NCBI GenBank assembly: GCA_028715985.1
Contig: JAQUQR010000004.1
Location: 73,223 to 137,222, forward strand
Direction: 5' to 3'
DNA: 64,000 nucleotides
From: Methanocellales archaeon
GTDB taxonomy: Archaea > Halobacteriota > UBA148
Shown: positions 58,438-64,000 of the stretch, in pieces
Layout: every line of letters starts with the position of its first letter
How positions within the stretch are numbered: the first letter of the stretch is position 1
Made by a program: the position numbers and the translations under genes
Notes under the pieces: generated by a model
What the model was told of the DNA's origin: nothing
The model's input: the letters and a program-made list of their open reading frames with translations, nothing else
Database searches by the model: none

Positions 58438-58650
58438 CCCTCTATATAATAATCAACCAAAGAGCATATATATTTTATGGTTGTTATAATGGATTTTAAT
58501 TGCAGTAGTATCTTAATTATTGTCGGGTATTTTTTAATCTTGATGAAGAGGTCATTTGTGGTTCAGAAAGTAAAAAAGAACATCAACCCAAGTCGATGAT
58601 TGGATAGTAGAACAATGATAAGAACCCCCTATGAGTGGGTTTATATATAA

Positions 58651-59748
58651 TTAGTTAGGCGAAATACGCCGATTAAGGGGGGGTATATACTCATTGAAGA
58701 ATTTTTTAATTTCTTCAATGTTTAATATAATTTGAATATCCCCTTTATTACCATCTAAACAAACAATTTGACCATCAGCAAATTTATTGTAGTCACAACA
58801 AACTACGCAAGGAATACCTAACGACCTGCTTACTATCGCCAAATGTCCTGTAAAGCCCCCACATTCCTGTAGTCCTATGATCCCGATACATCGTTTAATG
58901 CAGGGAATCATTTCTGGTGTGGCATACTTAAGTACCCCAATATCTCCGTCAAGAGTTTTATCTAAATCCTCAATAGAATTGATAATTTTTATCATACCAT
59001 AAACAACACCGGGAGATGCTGCGGTTGCATGCAGGAGGATTCCATTCGCTGGATAAGATTTACTTTTTCTCTGATAAAGGGGAGAATTACTTTGACTTTC
59101 ATACTCTGATTTAACTATATCTTTTATCTCATCGATTGACTGGTCTAATGGTTGTAATGAGTGATTTTGGACAAATTTGTTCCACAAATCTGTAAATTCT
59201 TTTTCAGTGTTAGTATCTGATTCTTTTACTTCGCCTATAATGATTTCTCTCCTCAAAAAATCTTTGATTTCATTAAACTTTTCATATGAGATTTTACTAT
59301 GAAAATGTGCCTCTCTTATAGCATAAATTTTGGTCAGATATTCAAAAAGTATACCGCTAGAGTTTGAGAATTTCTCATGCGTTTTTTCATTTATTTTGTT
59401 TTTTCTTCGCCAAGCTTTGTATGTTTCGCAAAATGCATTTGCAATAATTCCAGATGCTATCGATATAAGAGCCGTTATATAGATGTCCTCATAGCGTGGA
59501 ACTTTACGAAAACGGTAAATACCTTCATAAAATTCCACAAATTTAAAAGAATCAAAATCCAATAATTTTATCCAAACGTCCCGAAGCGGTCTGATTACTC
59601 CAAAATCTGCAGAATATTCATAAATCAAACGATCTTTCAAATAAGTTAAATTATGTATCTTCAAATAACGTATAGTTGCCTTTGTTGCTATATTATCACA
59701 CTCATTCAAGAGATCACATAACTCAGTATGAGGTATTGATTTGCTCAT
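58651..59748 (-). CDS. Standalone protein with a C-terminal PEP-utilizing-enzyme mobile (phosphohistidine swivel) domain and an N-terminal region of unknown function, in an AT-rich islet
   Basis: The C-terminus GGFTGHLAIVSRSLGIPCVV matches the GGxTSHAAIxAREL-GIPxVVG swivel-domain signature. The local GC is visibly lower than in the flanks. Confidence 0.6.
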   Translation of the reverse strand: MSKSIPHTELCDLLNECDNIATKATIRYLKIHNLTYLKDRLIYEYSADFGVIRPLRDVWIKLLDFDSFKFVEFYEGIYRFRKVPRYEDIYITALISIASGIIANAFCETYKAWRRKNKINEKTHEKFSNSSGILFEYLTKIYAIREAHFHSKISYEKFNEIKDFLRREIIIGEVKESDTNTEKEFTDLWNKFVQNHSLQPLDQSIDEIKDIVKSEYESQSNSPLYQRKSKSYPANGILLHATAASPGVVYGMIKIINSIEDLDKTLDGDIGVLKYATPEMIPCIKRCIGIIGLQECGGFTGHLAIVSRSLGIPCVVCCDYNKFADGQIVCLDGNKGDIQIILNIEEIKKFFNEYIPPLNRRISPN

Positions 59749-59974
59749 CTCTTGTATCCCCGCAGCTATTTTGATAATTCGTTCATATGTGACATAAATG
59801 TCGTATATCCTTCCATTTAGGAGTTATCTATTGAGACATGATATTGGCTAGTTATCTATTGAAATTATCTATTTAGCTTTTAGCGGATCTTTTTAAAATG
59901 CATTGGGTGATGGCTTTAGTTCCATAAGTTTAGCAGTCTTTTTGAAACCACCAACCTACAAATTCTACAGTAAA

Positions 59975-61258
59975 CTAGGGCGATAGCCTATGCTGGTCTC
60001 TTGGGAACAAGACGACCTCCCGAATATTGCTGAGGTCGAGCATCGTCATCAGCAATCGCTCCAGCCCCAGCCCCCATCCTGCATGGGGCGGCATTCCGAA
60101 TTTGAAAGCCCTCAGGTAAAATTCAAATCCTTCTGGATTCAGCCCTTGTGCCTCGATCCTTCTCAGGAGCAGGTCGGGGGAATGTATCCTCTGTGCTCCT
60201 GAGGAGAGCTCCATTCTGGGATGCATCAGATCAAACGCTTTGCATATCTCCGGGCGATCTTCATAGGGCTCTGTGTAATAGGGCTTGATCTCGGTGGGCC
60301 AATCCACTATGAAGTAATGCTTGCCCATCTTCTCTCCAATAGCCTTTTCTGTTGCCGTATCCAGGTCATCTCCCCATTCCATATCTCCAATATCTATCGC
60401 CTCCTCATAGGGCAATCGCTTGAAGGGTGCCTTTGGAGCCCTGAGCTGCAGGCCCAGAATGTCAAGCTCATTTTTGCAACTCTTGATCACGTCTGAATAT
60501 ACGCTCTCAACCAGGAGTTCTAAGATAGACATCACATCTTCGTGGGTGACAAAGGAAGCCTCTATGTCAATAGAACTGACCTCGTTCAGATGTTTGGTGG
60601 TGTCATGCTCTTCCGCTCTGAATATCGGTCCGATTTCATAGACCCTGTCCAATCCGGCCGACATCATGATCTGTTTATATAGTTGTGGGCTTTGGCTGAG
60701 AAATGCCTCCCGCTCGAAATACGTGATCGGAAACAGCTCAGTGCCCCCCTCTGTGGCTGTGGCAACGATCTTGGGCGTATGTATCTCTTTAAAGCCGCTG
60801 TTATCCAAGAAAGCTCGAATCGTCTTTAATACATGGTGACGGATTACGAATATCGCCTGTGTGCTTTGCCGCCTGATGTCCATGAATCTGGAGTCCAATC
60901 TCGTATCCAAATCAGCGCTCACTTTTCCTGTAACGTCCAATGGGAGCGGAGAATCTGCCTTGTTCAGCACCTGGACATCACTTGGGATGATCTCATAGCC
61001 GTTGGGTGCCTTGTCCTCTCTTTTGACGAAGCCAGATATCAAAACCACAGATTCTCTGGAAATGCCTCGGACTATGTTGAATAATTTTTCATCTACCTTG
61101 CCTTTGGGTAGCGTTACTTGCACTAATCCTTCCCTATCCCTGAGAACGAGGAATGTGATCCCGCCGAGATCCCTTGTCTCATGGACCCACCCTGCTATGA
61201 CTACCTTCTTACCATCATCGTCTGGCGTTATCTCTCTGGAGTAATGTGTTCGTAGCAT
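59975..61258 (-). CDS. aspS: Aspartyl-tRNA synthetase (archaeal type)
   Basis: It has the N-terminal OB fold ([22 protein letters not shown]) and class II motifs (FRAEE, GLERL). Confidence 0.92.
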   Translation of the reverse strand: MLRTHYSREITPDDDGKKVVIAGWVHETRDLGGITFLVLRDREGLVQVTLPKGKVDEKLFNIVRGISRESVVLISGFVKREDKAPNGYEIIPSDVQVLNKADSPLPLDVTGKVSADLDTRLDSRFMDIRRQSTQAIFVIRHHVLKTIRAFLDNSGFKEIHTPKIVATATEGGTELFPITYFEREAFLSQSPQLYKQIMMSAGLDRVYEIGPIFRAEEHDTTKHLNEVSSIDIEASFVTHEDVMSILELLVESVYSDVIKSCKNELDILGLQLRAPKAPFKRLPYEEAIDIGDMEWGDDLDTATEKAIGEKMGKHYFIVDWPTEIKPYYTEPYEDRPEICKAFDLMHPRMELSSGAQRIHSPDLLLRRIEAQGLNPEGFEFYLRAFKFGMPPHAGWGLGLERLLMTMLDLSNIREVVLFPRDQHRLSP

Positions 61259-61471
61259 CTAATCACTCGATTATTTTTGCTCTCTTAGATAGTTACGTCC
61301 AGGTTTAAAAGTCTAATCTTATCTCATCTCCTCAAAGTTCTAAACACACGAAAAGACGAATCTATAGAATCGAAAGCTTCAATAATCTACAGGTTAAGTA
61401 TTTTACGTCCTATAGAAAACCTTTGAAAAAGAGCATTTATCCTAAATTTTGTAAGGAAAGGACGTGCTATA

Positions 61472-62254
61472 ATGGATATAAAGCAGTCTTTGCTGGATAC
61501 TGAAAATGCCCTACGCGATTTTATTCAGTATACCCTGCAAGCTAAATTCGGTGAAGAATGGATTTGCCACTTGGGAGCAACAGACGATCGGGTTAACCAA
61601 TGGAAATCCCGAATGGAAGAAGAGAGGCAACGTGCTGGACCTGTGGAAGAGCGCCTTCTTTATTACGCCGATTTTTATGATTTGCAGAAGATAATCGAGG
61701 AGAACTGGGAGCCATTATTCAAAAACGTCTTCTTCGATTTAGGAACTCTGGGTGTATATTTTGACCAATTGCGAGATTTTCGAGATGCCCGGGAGTTATT
61801 ACTTTTCCAACAAAATCTGGTCCTGGGCATTTGTGGGGAGATTAGGTCACTCATTGTAAAATATCGCAGCAGGGCCCATTTCCCGCAAATCGAGTCAGCT
61901 CAGGATAGTTTAGGATCGCTTTTGTTGCCTGGGCCTATAGTGCAATTCACTCTGGCAAAGAAGGTATTAAGGATGGTTCCAGTCACTCTAACGGAAAAGG
62001 TGTTAAGGCCCGGTGACGAGGTCGAGTTTATAATCACTGCGTCTGATAAAGAGGGGGGAGAAATAGAATTTGCAATTCAGAAGGGTTGTAGTATGTGTGA
62101 AAAATGGCAGAAGGACAATCATTTCAAATGGAGAATTGACGACTCTGATATAGGCAAAAAAACTGACCTTACCTTCTATATTCGAAGCATGCGGAAGCAT
62201 CACGCAATGGGAGACTATGACGATTTTGTTAATTTCTCTTATATTATCATTTAA
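61472..62254 (+). CDS. Hypothetical two-domain protein (N-terminal helical domain with a HEPN-like appearance that I cannot confirm; C-terminal beta-rich domain)
   Basis: It is a 260-aa ORF flanked by AT-rich intergenic DNA. The N-terminus is LLDTENALRDFIQYTLQAKFGEEWI. No clear Rx4-6H motif was found. Confidence 0.4.
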   Translation: MDIKQSLLDTENALRDFIQYTLQAKFGEEWICHLGATDDRVNQWKSRMEEERQRAGPVEERLLYYADFYDLQKIIEENWEPLFKNVFFDLGTLGVYFDQLRDFRDARELLLFQQNLVLGICGEIRSLIVKYRSRAHFPQIESAQDSLGSLLLPGPIVQFTLAKKVLRMVPVTLTEKVLRPGDEVEFIITASDKEGGEIEFAIQKGCSMCEKWQKDNHFKWRIDDSDIGKKTDLTFYIRSMRKHHAMGDYDDFVNFSYIII

Positions 62255-62382
62255 TTCCCAAGCGATGACCTAGGATATGACAAGAATACTAGGAGACGAT
62301 AGCATACTAAAATCTTGAAGTATACTCATGCTTCGATTCAATGCAGATTGATATTTATTGGCTGGGCTTTTTCTCTATTCCA

Positions 62383-63681
62383 TCACTCCTCAAACCTCTT
62401 CCTGATCGAATCCGCATGGGCTTCAAGCCCCTCTGCCCTGGCAAGCGCTATTATGTCCTCTTTTACACTGCTCAATCCTTCCTTACTGAGAATCTGGATG
62501 CTCGTCTTCTTCGTGAAGTGGTCCACGTTCAGACCGGAAAGCACTCTGGCATACCCTCCTGTGGGTAGAACGTGATTCGTCCCATACGCATAATCGCCTC
62601 CTGCTACCGGGGAGTATTCACCGATGAAGATCGAGCCGGCATGTTTGATCTTCTTCAACACGCTCAGGGCATCTGAGGTCATCAGCTCCAAATGCTCTGG
62701 AGCGAATTTGTTGACGAATTCGATCCCCTCCTCTAGATCGCTCACAGTCAGAATGGCGCTACGCTCTAGTGCTTTTGCTATGATGTCCTTTCGCTGCTCT
62801 TTTTTCCCTTGCACTTTCAACTCGCTGCTCACAGCTTTCGCTAGTTCATCTGAGGTCGTGATCAGGACGGAAAGGGACATGGGATCGTGCTCAGCCTGTG
62901 CGATCATATCTGATGCGATGATCGACGCCCTTTTGTTCAGAGGTTGATCCGCAAGGATCATGACCTCGCTGGGACCAGCAGGAAAATCTATCTCAACCTC
63001 GTTACGCACCAGCATTTTGGCAGCGGTTACGTAGACGTTTCCGGGGCCAACGATCTTGTCAACCTTTGGTATCGTCTCTGTGCCATAGGCCATCGCAGCT
63101 ATGGACTGAGCGCCACCCACCTTATATACGCTGTCTGCCCCGGCGATGTTTGTGGCCACCAGTGTGAGTGGGTCTATCTTTCCGTCTGGCTTGGGCGGAG
63201 TGCATACTATCACATCTTCCACACCCGCTACCTTTGCGGGAATGACGGTCATCAAAGCCGTCGAGGGGTAAGATGCCAAACCACCGGGCACATATGCACC
63301 TACACACTCCAAGGGTTCAGTCTTTTGACCTAACAACATTCCTGGTGCAAATTCTGACAGCCACAGATCCTCTTTCAACTGTCCTCCATGGAAGGCTGCA
63401 ATGTTTATCGACGCGCTCTCCAGATATCTGATGAGTTCTTTGTCCAGAGACCTTTCTGCCTCTTGCATCTCCTCCTCTGTGACCTCCAGCCCTTTAAGTT
63501 CAACCCCGTCGAACTCCTTGGTGTACTTGATCAGGGCCGCATCGCCTTTTTCTCGTACATCTGCCAGAATGCTCTTTACGCTTTCCATCGGCTTTTGCAG
63601 AGCAATCTCTCTATGCAATAACCGCTCAATTTCAGTGTCGCTCAACTCAGAAAGCCTTTTAATTATCATGTTTGATCCCAA
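62383..63681 (-). CDS. hisD: Histidinol dehydrogenase
   Basis: It is 432 aa with the NAD/zinc-binding regions GPGNVYVTAAK and QAEHDP. Confidence 0.92.
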   Translation of the reverse strand: MGSNMIIKRLSELSDTEIERLLHREIALQKPMESVKSILADVREKGDAALIKYTKEFDGVELKGLEVTEEEMQEAERSLDKELIRYLESASINIAAFHGGQLKEDLWLSEFAPGMLLGQKTEPLECVGAYVPGGLASYPSTALMTVIPAKVAGVEDVIVCTPPKPDGKIDPLTLVATNIAGADSVYKVGGAQSIAAMAYGTETIPKVDKIVGPGNVYVTAAKMLVRNEVEIDFPAGPSEVMILADQPLNKRASIIASDMIAQAEHDPMSLSVLITTSDELAKAVSSELKVQGKKEQRKDIIAKALERSAILTVSDLEEGIEFVNKFAPEHLELMTSDALSVLKKIKHAGSIFIGEYSPVAGGDYAYGTNHVLPTGGYARVLSGLNVDHFTKKTSIQILSKEGLSSVKEDIIALARAEGLEAHADSIRKRFEE

Positions 63682-63974
63682 CCCTGTAAGTTTAGTTCAT
63701 TATCGAATCCATCTATCATCTCTTTCATCTCTTTTTTATTCATGTATCTTAATTCTTCGGACAACTTCACCATATTCGGTATTGCTCTGACCACATTGTC
63801 CACCACTGTTATAGTGGCCGTTCTGGAGGTTCTACTCAATGGGTTCAGGTCTATCGCTATGACGGTTTTACCCATGTGCACCAGAGCTTCACACCTATCC
63901 CCATCCTCCAAGGCCACGAGCACTGCATCCGCTCCATAAATCCCTTTTTTTTCCACCTTTCCTCTTTCGTGCAT
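63666..63974 (-). CDS. Hypothetical protein upstream of hisD, possibly 5'-truncated by the window edge
   Basis: The ORF overlaps the hisD start by 16 nt. GKTVIAIDLNPLSRTSRTATITVVDNVVRA could not be assigned to a family. Confidence 0.35.
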   Translation of the reverse strand: MHERGKVEKKGIYGADAVLVALEDGDRCEALVHMGKTVIAIDLNPLSRTSRTATITVVDNVVRAIPNMVKLSEELRYMNKKEMKEMIDGFDNELNLQGWDQT

Positions 63975-64000
63975 TATGCCTGGTATGCTTGAATCGGCCT

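Overview
This is a 64-kb archaeal chromosomal window on the euryarchaeal pattern: a PGF-CTERM (ArtA) substrate, a GTP cyclohydrolase MptA, an unsplit rpoB and the classic exosome superoperon. GC is roughly mid-40s percent. About 70 percent of the window is conserved housekeeping, listed here in order. (1) A partial aconitase-family LeuC/HacA-like gene ends at 638. (2) The exosome/proteasome superoperon spans 18.7-25.4 kb: L15e, a COG1325-like RNA-binding protein, RNase P Rpp30 and Pop5, proteasome alpha, SBDS, Rrp4, Rrp41, Rrp42, L37ae, an unlisted 45-aa RpoP, Pcc1 and prefoldin beta. (3) Next come a LeuA/CimA-type synthase, a universal stress protein and MptA. (4) A DNA-repair neighbourhood (28.6-34.8 kb) holds an MPE metallophosphoesterase-Lhr helicase pair, Ogg and a NucS-like nuclease carrying an HTH N-terminus. 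(5) After that come a ZIP transporter, two ferritin-like paralogs, a cytochrome b5-like protein and a TRAM protein. (6) An intron-containing tRNA-Lys(UUU) sits immediately upstream of the rpoH-rpoB-rpoA1-rpoA2-L30e-nusA-S12-S7 operon, which ends at S7 with no EF-2 or EF-1alpha gene. (7) The smc-scpA-scpB operon, aspS and hisD complete the core. The most unusual part is an accessory island at 1.7-17 kb. It holds seven co-oriented genes for signal-peptide, N-glycosylation-sequon-rich surface proteins, including an 1871-aa giant, built from shuffled modules. These include two families of N-terminal beta-sandwich-like domains, PKD/FN3/Ig-like tandem repeats and a PT-linker plus PGF-CTERM anchor. 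A conserved ~85-aa C-terminal module I do not recognise (consensus LVKKPGSTGKNWISIP...NRWNPVTQKPEGWISLMGGMGTNF...GYEVSV) is present in seven near-identical copies across four genes, with a divergent pair at the end of the giant protein. I propose this as a candidate novel envelope-anchoring or docking module and a recombination-prone surface-protein cassette system. Smaller accessory patches include an XRE-HTH plus 4-TM membrane protein operon with a perfect 20-bp palindrome upstream, and an AT-rich islet encoding a standalone protein with a PEP-utilizer swivel domain. A two-domain protein of unknown function lies between aspS and hisD. No CRISPR arrays, rRNAs or transposases were seen. All domain calls are from motif recognition by eye, and coordinates of starts are approximate where noted.
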